From Ministeria vibrans ATCC 50519 (lineage: Eukaryota > Protista > Filasterea): 39,455 nucleotides of DNA. Below are positions 1-9,688 of this stretch, in pieces (positions within the stretch are counted from its first letter, which is position 1; each line of letters begins with the position of its first letter). The stretch is taken from assembly GCA_943704425.1 (NCBI GenBank), contig CALSCP010000969.1:1-39455 (forward strand), in the 5' to 3' direction. The translations under genes were made by a program, and so were the position numbers. The notes under the pieces are model-generated. The model saw only the letters and a program-made list of their open reading frames with translations. It was not told where the DNA came from and searched no databases.

Positions 1-45
1 TTTTTTTTCTCTTCTCGTTTTTGAAAAAACTTCTCGCATTGACAG

Positions 46-1646
46 GGTGGGTTCCAAAGACACAGGCGGACTTTGGCCAGGGCGGCGCGTATCCCGAGAT
101 CCACGTTGCGCAGTACCCGCTGGGAATGGGCAAGAAGTCGACGAGCAGCGGCGCAACGGTGCCTCTGCAGCTGGACAGCGACGGCAAGGTGCAGTACGAT
201 GCGATTGCACGCCAGGGCATCGCACAGGACAAGGTGGTCCACACCAAGTTGAGCCAGCAGCTTGTCAAGGTGCTGCCGGCTGGCGACGAGGCGCTCCAGC
301 GCCCTGACCCTTCCATTGCGGACGAGACGGCGGCCAAGACTCGCGAAACACTCGAGACGATTGTGGGCGGACGGGCCAACGCCGCACGACCCGTACAGCT
401 TGCACAAAAGGTTGCACCGGCCGAGTATGTGCGATACACGCCGGCGGAACAGGGCACGGCCCTGGCGTCGGGCGCACAGCAGCGCATCATTCGCATTGTC
501 GAAGAGCAAGTCGACCCCATTGAACCGCCTCGCTTTCTCACCAACAAAAAAGTGCCTGGTGGACCGCCGAGTCCGCCTGCGCCAGTGATGCACTCGCCGC
601 CGCGCAAACCCACCAAGGAAGAGCACGCTGAGTGGACCATTCCTCCGTGTGTGTCGAGCTGGAAGAACTCCAAGGGTTACGTGATTCCGCTTGACAAGAG
701 GCACGTCAACGATGGACGCGGCATTGAGGACGCGACCATCAACGACAACTTTGCCAAGCTGGCTCAGTCGTTGTACATTGCCGAGAAGAAGGCAGTTGAA
801 GAGGTGGAAGCACGTGCGGCCATTCAACGCAAGCTGGCGCAGAAGGAGAAGGAAGCAAAGGAGGCAAGTTTGCGGGCACTGGCACAGAAGGCACGCGAGG
901 CTCGCGCGGGTATGCGACCACTGGGCGGCGGCGCAAGTGGTGGTGGTGGTGGTGGTGGTGGTGGTGGGTTGTTGAATGAGGATCCCGATGAGGAGTTGGA
1001 TGAGCAGGAGCTGCGCGAGAGAGATGAAATTCGTCAGGAGCGACGAAAGGAGCGAGAGCGCACACTGCGCATGCAGAACATGGGCAACGAGCGCAAGAGC
1101 AAGATGAAGCGTGACGAGGACCGCGACATTTCAGAGCAGGTTGCGCTGGGTCTGCCTGCGACAGGTGGGGCGCGCAAGGGCGACGACATGTACGATCAGC
1201 GGCTGTTTGGCAAGAGCCAGGGTCTTGGGAGTGGGTTTGGCGCCGACGACAGTTACGATGTGTACGACAAGCCTATGGCGCTGGGGGCACGAGGAGCTGC
1301 AGCCGGGTCCAGCATCTACCGCCCGAGCAAGACGGTGTCGGACGATGTGTACGGCGACGACGTCGACTCCCTGATCCGCCGCACAGACCGGTTCCAAGCG
1401 GACAAGGGTTTCCGCGGGGCAGACCGGGCGGCGGGCGATACATCGACACAGGCGCGCTCAGGGCCCGTGCAGTTCCAGATGGAGGCAGGCACGACGGGCG
1501 CCGAGACGGCGACAGGCAAGGGTAGGAGGGACGGGGAGCAGGCGCCCGAAGAGGATTTGTTTGGTATCAACAAGTTCCTGTCGGATGCAAAGAAGGGCCG
1601 AGGAACAGGTGATGGCGCTCGCGACTCGATGCAGTATGGAGGGTAA
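46..1646 (+). CDS. SNW1: SNW1/SKIP/Prp45 spliceosomal protein (5'-partial; last long exon, upstream exon outside window)
   Basis: GWVPKTQADFGQGGAYPEIHVAQYPLGMG, PPSPPAPVMHSPPRK, IPPC.S.WKN.KGY.IPLDKR, RDISEQVALG and YDQRLF match SKIP/SNW1. A pyrimidine tract and acceptor (gacag, AG at 44-45) precede the exon; stop is TAA. Confidence 0.97.
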
Positions 1647-1956
1647 GATATACAACTGTGTGCGTATGAATTGCTGTTGACTTTTTCTCTTCCTCTCTGT
1701 TTTTTTTTTTTTTTTTTTTTTTTTTTTCTCTTCCTCTTGTTTAGGTCCAACCCGGCGGGTTTGCGTGAGGGTGGTGGATCGTCAAAACGACCCATTGACT
1801 TTGAGTCGGAGGGCAGCGACCGCAAACGTGGAAGACGATAAAGGCACATCGCGCAATAAAAATAAAAATATCAAAGACAGAGAACATGATTATATTGTTT
1901 TTAGTTTTTATTTACAAGGGAAAGAGTCACAGGGAGAGACAGAGAGAGAGAAATTG

Positions 1957-3515
1957 TTATTCTGATTCTTGCCAACGCACTGTGCTAAGAAGGAGATAGC
2001 GACGGGGAAGACGGCCGGGACACGGGGCAAGACACGTCAGCTCACGACGCACTGTGTTGACGTCCGTGCTACAGAGAGGAGTGAGTAACTGCGCGCGCGT
2101 GTGAATGCGTGTGGTACGTACACATAGAGAAAGCCCATAATGGATGCGGTGGCAAGTGCCTCTTTCTTGTCGGCGGTGGACACACTCAGCAGTCCATGCA
2201 GCACATCGCGCCCAATCGTCGTACATGGCACGACCTTGGTCTCTGTGTCGCTTGCTTTGGTACCCAGCGGAAGACACGACTCGGGAATAGGGGGCGCTAC
2301 AACAGTCGTGCAATTGTGTCAGGGCGTACAAGAAACGAGGTTGCAAAACAATGGGGAAAAGAGAGCATTTGCAGCAGCTGGTTCTTTCGTTCATGTCGCC
2401 AGGTAAAAAAATCTAATTCACAACTTACCTCCGACTTTGAAGATCTCAATGTCGTCGAAGCGCAGCACAATGGAAGCGGGTGAGAGTTCGCGCCCGAGAC
2501 CGTAAAAGTAGGAGCGCACTGCCGCGTTGCGCTGCACTTTACGATGGATCTTGGAGCGCACCGATACCCCGCCTGATTTGTTGAGCCGAACTACTGATAT
2601 GGGTCGATCCATGGAAGCACACTGGAAGGGCAGAGAACGATGCGTTGCGAGAAAAAATTTACACGAAAGAGTGAGTAAGTCACATTTGCTCTCAGTGCTT
2701 TGACATCGACGTACCTTCTGTAAGAGGTCGTTGTACAGACGCTCCTGGTCAAGCACAAGAACCACATCAATGTCAAGCACAGATATGGTGTCGACAAGAA
2801 GTTCGTAACCGGGCCCCTCAACCCATCCACAGGTGTTCACAATGCAGCCGCTTGTCTCTGCCGCACCGTCACTTGCACACCGACTGAAATACATGCACAC
2901 ACATTATCATAAATACCACACCAATAAATAATACATGCACACACATTATCATAAATATCACACCAATGAATATCTTCTGGTCCCTTACGCTGCGATTGTG
3001 TCCGCGAGCTTCTTCACGAGCAGTCGATAGAGAGTCAGGTTTTCCGCGGGCGAAGTGTGCCCAAAATGCAGGATGTATGGCGACGAGAGACGCGCCTCGT
3101 CAAGGCGGAGCACCTCTTCGGCCACCACGGCGGCAATCGTGCCGGGAATCGAAAGGGAGTTTTGGCCCACGTCGAGATCAACAAAAATGGGCTGGCGGTT
3201 CTGGCGCACTGCATAGTTGACGAGAATCTGCGACAGCGTCGACTTGCCCACGTCGACAGGCCCCACAATGAGAACACGGGGACCCCGCGTGTGCTGCTGC
3301 GCAGCGCGCTCGCGCCGCTGGTCCAGTCCGACGTGCGTATTCAGATAGGTTCGCATTGGCGTGTCGCGACTCACGTACGAACTGTGGAGTGCACCGTCCA
3401 CGCGGACCACAGCCCCCGTCCACGAGAAAACAGCCGCTTTACGCCCAGCCCCAACCACAAGATCCCGCTGCGGCGCCATCTCCGTGCCAAATATCTCAGC
3501 TTGGCCGCGAATGAG
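1957..3515 (-). CDS. CLP1: CLP1 polyribonucleotide 5'-hydroxyl kinase / cleavage factor subunit, multi-exon; first ~35-40 codons not found
   Basis: Spliced translation gives LIRGQAEIFGTEM, YVSRDTPM..YLNTH, Walker A GPVDVGKST, DLDVGQ..SIPGT, SGCIVNTCGWV.G.GY, VLDQERLYN, KSGGV, YFYG, APIPESCLPLG, LAPCPGRLP, colinear with CLP1. GT-AG introns; the 5'-most exon starts at acceptor cgcag (3516-3520). Confidence 0.95.
2888..2972. repeat. 42-bp tandem duplication in a CLP1 intron
   Basis: aatacatgcacacacattatcataaata(c/t)cacaccaat(a/g)aata occurs twice, starting at 2888 and 2930, with 2 mismatches. Confidence 0.9.
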
Positions 3516-3580
3516 CTGCGCAACACATTCACCAAGATCAGAGATATCTTATCACCTTATCAATTATCGATCATTTGTAG

Positions 3581-4583
3581 ACCATTCTGGACGAGGAGAA
3601 CTCTACCGTCAAGTACGTCCCTGCCGAGCATGCTTCTCGTGGCAGTAGAGTAAGTTGAGATCCTGGTGTCGCTTTGAGGCTCGAATTTTTTTTGTCCTCA
3701 ATGTCGGATATTTTTCGTTGTACAGATGGCCACGACACAGATCGACCGACTGGAGATGAACAAGCTCCCAGAAGTCAACAAAAAAGTACTGCTTGTACGG
3801 ACGACATCGGACCAGCATTTTAAAGAGGTAGCGCGGTCAGAGGATGAGTTTGTGAGCACGCGTGTGGCGAAGGGCCTCGTCTCCGATGTCGTTGCCGAGG
3901 TGCCCGCGCCCCGCAAGCGCCTTAAGGACTACTTTATGACTATGGCGATGCGAAACACGTCGAAAAAGATGGCGGGCAAGTCGAACGCTAGCAAGAAGAA
4001 GAAGCGAGGGACGCTTGATCAAGTAGTGGGTGTCGATCGGTCTGTCTCCGAGGAAGTCCTGTGCGTCCCACCAGCTCCTCCGCCGCGCATTGTCCGCTGC
4101 GACTCGCAGGGGGCCTCACCAGCGTCGTCCACACCGTCCACACCCAAATCGGGCTCCACAAGCTCCCTGCATCATCGGCGCATCAGTGCACCAGTATTGC
4201 CAACAGCCACCATTGACTTTGTCGAGCGACTCCGCCGACGACGCGATATGGATGACACCAGCATGGGCCTCGACTACTCTGTCTCCGACTCGGTCATGCC
4301 CAACACTGACGAAGCAGCCCCCGCCAAGCACAAGCCACTCGTGGTGACACACAACAAAGAAGGCGCAGTATCCACCCACAGTGTGCCCACCAAGAACAAA
4401 TCGTTCCAAACCCAAGCGCGCCAGACCCGCTTTGACGACGCTCCCGATGCTGTCGCCGCTTTCAACCGCCCCTACTCCATGGAGCCGCACAGTGGCTACT
4501 CCTCGTACCATGCGCAGCGCCACCAGTCTGTCTCGTCCATCCATGGCATGGAGGGCTGTTGGGTCGAGGACGATGCCTCATGA
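3581..4583 (+). CDS. Hypothetical Lys/Ser/Pro-rich, largely disordered protein; probably the 3' part of a longer gene
   Basis: 285-aa ORF at 3726-4583 is preceded by a GT-AG intron (3650-3725) and an in-frame 69-nt exon (3581-3649, TILDEENSTVKYVPAEHASRGSR) that follows acceptor tttgtag. NLS-like KKKKR present; no recognised domain. Confidence 0.7.
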
Positions 4584-4830
4584 AACATTTAACTGTCAAA
4601 ATATAATAATAATAATTTTATTATTAGTGTTATTATAACTATTATAAACTATGCAATGAACTTATACTTTTTATTTCAGTTTCTTTGCTTCTTCGGGTTA
4701 AGATTTTCTTCTTCTTCTTTCTCTTTTTCTTCTTCTTACTCTTACCACTACTACTTCCATTGAGTCAAGACAACCTATTTTGCAATGATAAAGAGAAGAC
4801 AAAATAATAACAATATAGTAGTGATATTAA

Positions 4831-4897
4831 TAATAAGAAAATAATTAATGGAGAATCGAAAGCTGCACAATGTCAAAACAAGACAATATACAAAAAC
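4831..4897 (-). repeat. Dispersed repeat fragment, related to 10573-10621 and to the 3' part of 16586-16667 and 36224-36300
   Basis: taataagaaaataa..gagaatcga(a/g)agctg..caatgtcaaaaca is shared with 10573-10621. Its reverse complement gtatattgtcttgttttgaca resembles 16635-16666 and 36281-36300. Confidence 0.6.
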
Positions 4898-4949
4898 TTT
4901 AAATAAAATATATAACAATGCGTCAGTTTTACACAGCTTTGTCTGCCAA

Positions 4950-7900
4950 TCAAATAATGGTCTCATCGGAAGTAGAGACGGACGGCATTGCCCCAGAAGA
5001 CTTGCTCGATAGTTCGGCGATTAGGGGGGGATCAGTCAACGCCATATCAGGTGTCGAGCCCGTCGTCTTGGGCTTCTTGGACTTCTTTGGTCGCTTCTGC
5101 TTTGCCGATGTCGACGGATCCATCGTGGGAATGGAGAAATGCTGAAGCAACCGCATAATGTCGCCAACAATCAGCGGCTTGGCCAGGTACTCATCCATGC
5201 CGGCCAGCAGACACTTTTCGCGGTCTGACTTCATCGCGTGGGCGGTAAGCGCCACAATTGGCGTGCGGCGGACACCGGCAGCCTTTTCAAACTCGCGAAT
5301 GGCTTTGGAGGCCCCGTAGCCGTCAAGCACGGGCATTTGACAGTCCATGAGGATCATGTCAAAGGGGCGTCGAGCCGTCAGAGCTGCCTTAAACTCAGCG
5401 ACGCCAGCTTCGCCATCGTTGGCCAGCACAAGGTCGCAGTTAGGGACGAGCCGGACAAGAATGCCCTTCGCGACGCGCTGGTTGACCATGTTGTCTTCCA
5501 CCAGCAGCAAATGGGAGACAGAGGTCTCGCGAGCGGGCCTGTCCACGCGGTAGCGCTGCGCTGCACCACCAGCCCCTGAGTCAGTGGACACGTCTGATGT
5601 GCGCGACGGCGGTGAGCTGTTATCCGACGCGTCGGCCATCAATGCCAGGTCATCTATTGACGCACAAGGCGGTGTCTGCAGGCTAGTGTTGCTGAAACGC
5701 ACCTGGTGGTTTTGCGTGCGACCAGTGCCACTCAACGCAGTCAGTTTGGCCAGACGCACGCAAAGGAACAGCGACGCGCATAAATCGCTCGGGCGCGCAA
5801 TGAACCCATCAAAGCCTGTGCGTGAAAATTGGCTTGAATCGGTGCGGTGTACGGCTGCCCACAGCAACAGAGGTGCATCCTCTCCCGACTCACCCATCCC
5901 GTCAGCACCACTGTCGTTCTCTGCGCTATCGTCCAACCCGCCCGCGGAATCTCCATTATTGCCGCAGCTCTGCGCACCCAAAGGCGCAAACAGCTGGGTG
6001 ACATCGCGATTATCAAGGACTCGTACGCCCTGCGCGCGGCTCGACGCCACGCGCAGCTGCTCGTTGCGTTCCTCCAGCAGTGTTTGTAGGGCCCCCATGA
6101 AACGCGAGTCGATGACGACCGTCCGATACTTGGTACCGTGTGACTTGACCATTTCGACAAGCTGCTCCTCTGAGTCTGTTGTGTGGACATCAAGTTGCAG
6201 CGAGGAAGCGACTTGATCAAATGCCTCAAGAAGAACCTTGCTCTGCAGTGCCACCAAAATGGGTGTTTCGTATTCCGGCTCGATCGACGACTCGGGCCGG
6301 AGCAGAGGAGTAATACCACTTTGGTCACTGTCGACCGACAAGCGGCGTTGCATGTCGATGTTGTTTGTTGCCGCCAGATGTAGCGAGCCAGAGATATCGC
6401 GCGTCATGAGCCGTGCAACGGGCAGGTTCAAAGGGACTTCGTCGAGCGGCAGTGCAAAGGCAAAGACGGTGCCGACTCCAATTGTGCTGCGAACAAACAG
6501 CTCCCCGTGCATCAGCTCGAGCAGACCACGCGCGATCGAGAGGCCTAGACCCGTGCCACCAAAGCGCCGCGTGGTCGTTGTGTCCTCCTGCGTGAACGAC
6601 TGGAAGATCTTGACGAGGTTCTCGCTTGCAATGCCTGCGCCCGTGTCCTCAACCTCGACAAACACGCTGTGTGGACCCCACTGCTTGAGGCTACTGAGCT
6701 GCGGCAGGTGCTGGCGAGATAGCTTGTGGACCCTCACGTAAACGTGCCCACGGCTCGTGAACTTGATGGCGTTGTTGACCAAGTTGAAGACGACTTGCGA
6801 CAGGCGGGTGGAGTCGAGCAGCGTGTGAGCGTGGACCGACACGTCTGCGTCAACTAGCAGCGCCAGTTCAACGCCCAGCTTCTGCGGACACATGTCAACA
6901 CTACTGGCAATCACTTCCACAACGTTGGCAGCGTGCCGCTCGAGCTCGAGTCGGCCCACCTCCATCTTGCTCACGTCCAAGATGTCGCCGAGCAATGTCA
7001 TGAGCAAGTCGGTGCAGTTCTTGATGTCGAGCATAAACGAGCGTTGCTCGGGCTTGAGGTAGCCCGCCAATGACTGACTCAGCAGTTCGATATTGCCAAG
7101 GATGCCGTTGATGGGGGTCCGGATTTCGTGAGACATGCGCGCGAGGAAGACTGTCTTAATCTCGCTCATTCGTTCCGCCTTTTGATGACGCTGTGCAATC
7201 TCAGTGACATCCTGGATGACGGTGGCAACGCCGTCTGGTGTCGTCCTCAAGGTGTTGAAGAAGACGGGAAAGTGCGACATGACAAACGTGTAGCGGCGTG
7301 CTGGCTTGGCGAGATGCTGCAGCTCTATACCTTCCACTTGGTCTTCGGAGAGCGGTTCAGCCAGCCAAGTCGAGGTCCGAGAACCGCGCTCTGACAGTCG
7401 AATGCTAAATTCCTCATTGATCACAGGCTCGCCCGACGCAAGCACGTACCCAACCGAGTGTGAAGCCAAGTCGGTGAACGACGACCGCGGCATGTCGCTG
7501 AATTGCATGCCGCGGATCGCGGAGGAGTGTGGAAGACCACACATGGCCCCGACCATCGCGTTGGCGCGCACCACCACGCCGGTGCTGTCCACGTGCAGCA
7601 TACCCACTGGAGCGTGCTTGTAAAGCACAGAGAGCTCCGCCAAAAGTGCGTTGGTTTTTGTCAGAATGCGCTGTAGGCGCACGTAGAGCAGCATTTGCGC
7701 GACAACGCCGATGATGAAGAGGAGAATGAAGACGAGAATGGCAATTGAAGATGAACTGAACACCGTCGACTGGGTGCTGATAAAGACGAGCTGCCACTGA
7801 CGGTCGCCGACGACAATGTTTGCTATGAAAGTGCGCGAGTTCACCCTCAAAGACCCCATCGGCGCAGAGACAAGATTGGGCGGAGGCAGTGGCGGCACCA

Positions 7901-8996
7901 GCTCTAACGAGGAGACGAGGCTGCGACCGCCAATGCTGTTGCCGTTGAGAACCACGTGCAGAGGGACGCTGACGCCGTCGGTGACGTCTCGCAGAATAAT
8001 CTCAAGATTCTCGGTGGGACTGCCGCGAAAAGCAGTTTCAACAAGAGAGCCGAGAAGCTCGAGGAAAAGCATGACACCCTGAACCTGCTCGAAACGCTCC
8101 GCCACGGTAAGATTTACTCCGGAGGGATCCGTGCCGTTATAGACAGGCTCAAAGTAAAGAACCCCAAATTGATTGGTGGTATCGGCTGTGGAGAGAGACA
8201 GCCGCTGGCCGGCGACGATGCGTGCCTGACTGACGGACGCGTTGATTCGCTCTTCAAACTGAGAAATAGACGCAAGGTCAAAGCCCAAGGTGGACGTGTT
8301 GTCGGGGGGGTTCCGGAGAAATATAGGCACGTAGTACGGGACGAGAGGTGCGCTGACAATGCCTGTAGAGTTAGCGTCGAGGACACCCACGACAGTGATG
8401 TTCCGTCGCTGGGGTAGGTCGTAGGTGGCGGTTTGGAGCAGCTCATACTCGTCACGGTCGTCGGCGCGGACCCACGGGCACCAGATTGTTGAATGGACCA
8501 GACCCTTTTCCAGAGTCGGCTCTGTTATTGTCTTGAAGCTGGACAGGGGCATTGCTTGGAAGGGCTGCGTGCTCGTGGACATGAAGCGGGTCGTCAGAGT
8601 GAGCGCATTGGCGTTGAGGAGGATGATCTCCTGCATGCTGCCCGACATGGAGCTTGCCTGCGCAAAGAAGGCTTCCGATTGCCGTGACTTCTCGTTATTA
8701 TCAAGAACAATGCTGACACCAATGGCGAGCCCCAGGCCGAGCAGCAGTGAGACGACGCAGATGAGAACAGTCATTCTCTTCATTTGTCTATAAGCGAAAA
8801 TATGTGTGAAACGACAGGGTGCGGGAAAGGCACTCGCTTACGGCCCGTTCGCTGGCTTAAGGGTGCTCCTGGGCAGTGGCCGGGTCGACGTCGCAACTGG
8901 GCTTTGCGCACTGTGTGTTTGCGATGAGGTCTCCTTCTCGTCACTGTCGGTCGTCTCCTCAGCCGGAGCACGGACCCAGCCTACACAGCGCCCCAT
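4950..8996 (-). CDS. Hybrid sensor histidine kinase: TM-CHASE-TM-PAS-HisKA-HATPase_c-pseudo-receiver-receiver
   Basis: H-box FLARMSHEIRTPINGI, N-box QVVFNLVNNAIKFT, G1 EVEDTGAGI, F FQSFTQ, G2 GGTGLGLSI. Receiver LLVEDNMVNQ..ILMDCQMPVLDG..TAHAM..YLAKP. CHASE-like WCPWV..DRDEYE..YVPIF..LGFDLAS..GVLYFEPVY lies between two hydrophobic helices. PAS-like HAPVGMLHVDSTGVVVRAN. An in-frame intron at 8788-8841 extends the 1277-aa ORF; the start at 8996 is tentative. Confidence 0.93.
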
Positions 8997-9292
8997 CAGA
9001 CCCCTCCCAATACCCGCCACTCTCCCGCCAACCAAGAAGCCCCTCCCAACCACCCCTTCCTTTGCCGTATCGGCACACACCCTAAACTGGGCATCTTCTA
9101 TTTTTTTTCTGCACGAGCAAAGTTGAACTCCCAACCTTTTTTCTCGGGCGAAGCCTCAGGCGGGTGGGGCGTAGGGATCCCACCGTTCGATTTGTCCATG
9201 GCTACGGGGAGAGAAGGGCCGTCGCGTGCGTTTGTGAGGAGAGACTCGGACCCAAAATTATTTGAAATTTTTTTTTTGAGTCGTGACTGTCT

Positions 9293-9428
9293 CATTGCAT
9301 CTTATCAGTCATCATTGCATCTGACGACAGATAGTCGACAGATCTCCAACGTATGTTACGTCACTAGCCAACCAGTTCCCGCTCCCTCTCGGCGCCTTCG
9401 GTAAGCTGGGTCTGACTCACTGACGTCG
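9293..9428. promoter_or_regulatory. Candidate TF-site cluster in the divergent histidine kinase/ALG3 spacer
   Basis: Direct repeat tcattgcatct x2, CTTATC (GATA-type), TTACGTCA, TGACTCA and TGACGTC (bZIP-type) lie within ~135 nt. Motif matches only. Confidence 0.3.
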
Positions 9429-9598
9429 TGGCCTCGTGGGTGCGTCTTGGGGGATGAGTGAGTTGGATGAGTGTGTGCGTGTGTGGTTGTCGCGTGTGTG
9501 ATGATCGTGCGTGTCTCTCTCAAATTCTCGTGCGCTTGCTGCGGGAGCGTGTCTGATTAGCTGTGAGTCTATGGGTGCTTCATCTTCTTGGGGCTACC

Positions 9599-9625
9599 CT
9601 ATGGCGGAAGCATTGTATTACTCTT
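9599..9625 (+). promoter_or_regulatory. Upstream element, copy 1 (CTATGGCGGAAG-CATTGTATTACTCTT)
   Basis: Aligns with the copies at 16586, 36224 and 39090; lies ~85 nt 5' of the ALG3 ATG. Confidence 0.5.
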
Positions 9626-9688
9626 CATTGCATTGTACTTTAAAGTCTTTAAACTTTAATCGTCTTGAAAACTCAAATTTATTCAAAC

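Noticed and set aside
4681-4800. Acceptor-like site and Lys-rich frame on the - strand as the missing CLP1 first exon
   Set aside because: There is no similarity to the CLP1 N-terminus, and it is purine microsatellite-like sequence in the kinase 3' flank.
4950-8787. Horizontal transfer of the histidine kinase inferred from its 3.8-kb intron-free exon
   Set aside because: The native genes SNW1 and ELP2 also have 1.6-2.3 kb exons and similar composition, so exon length is not diagnostic.
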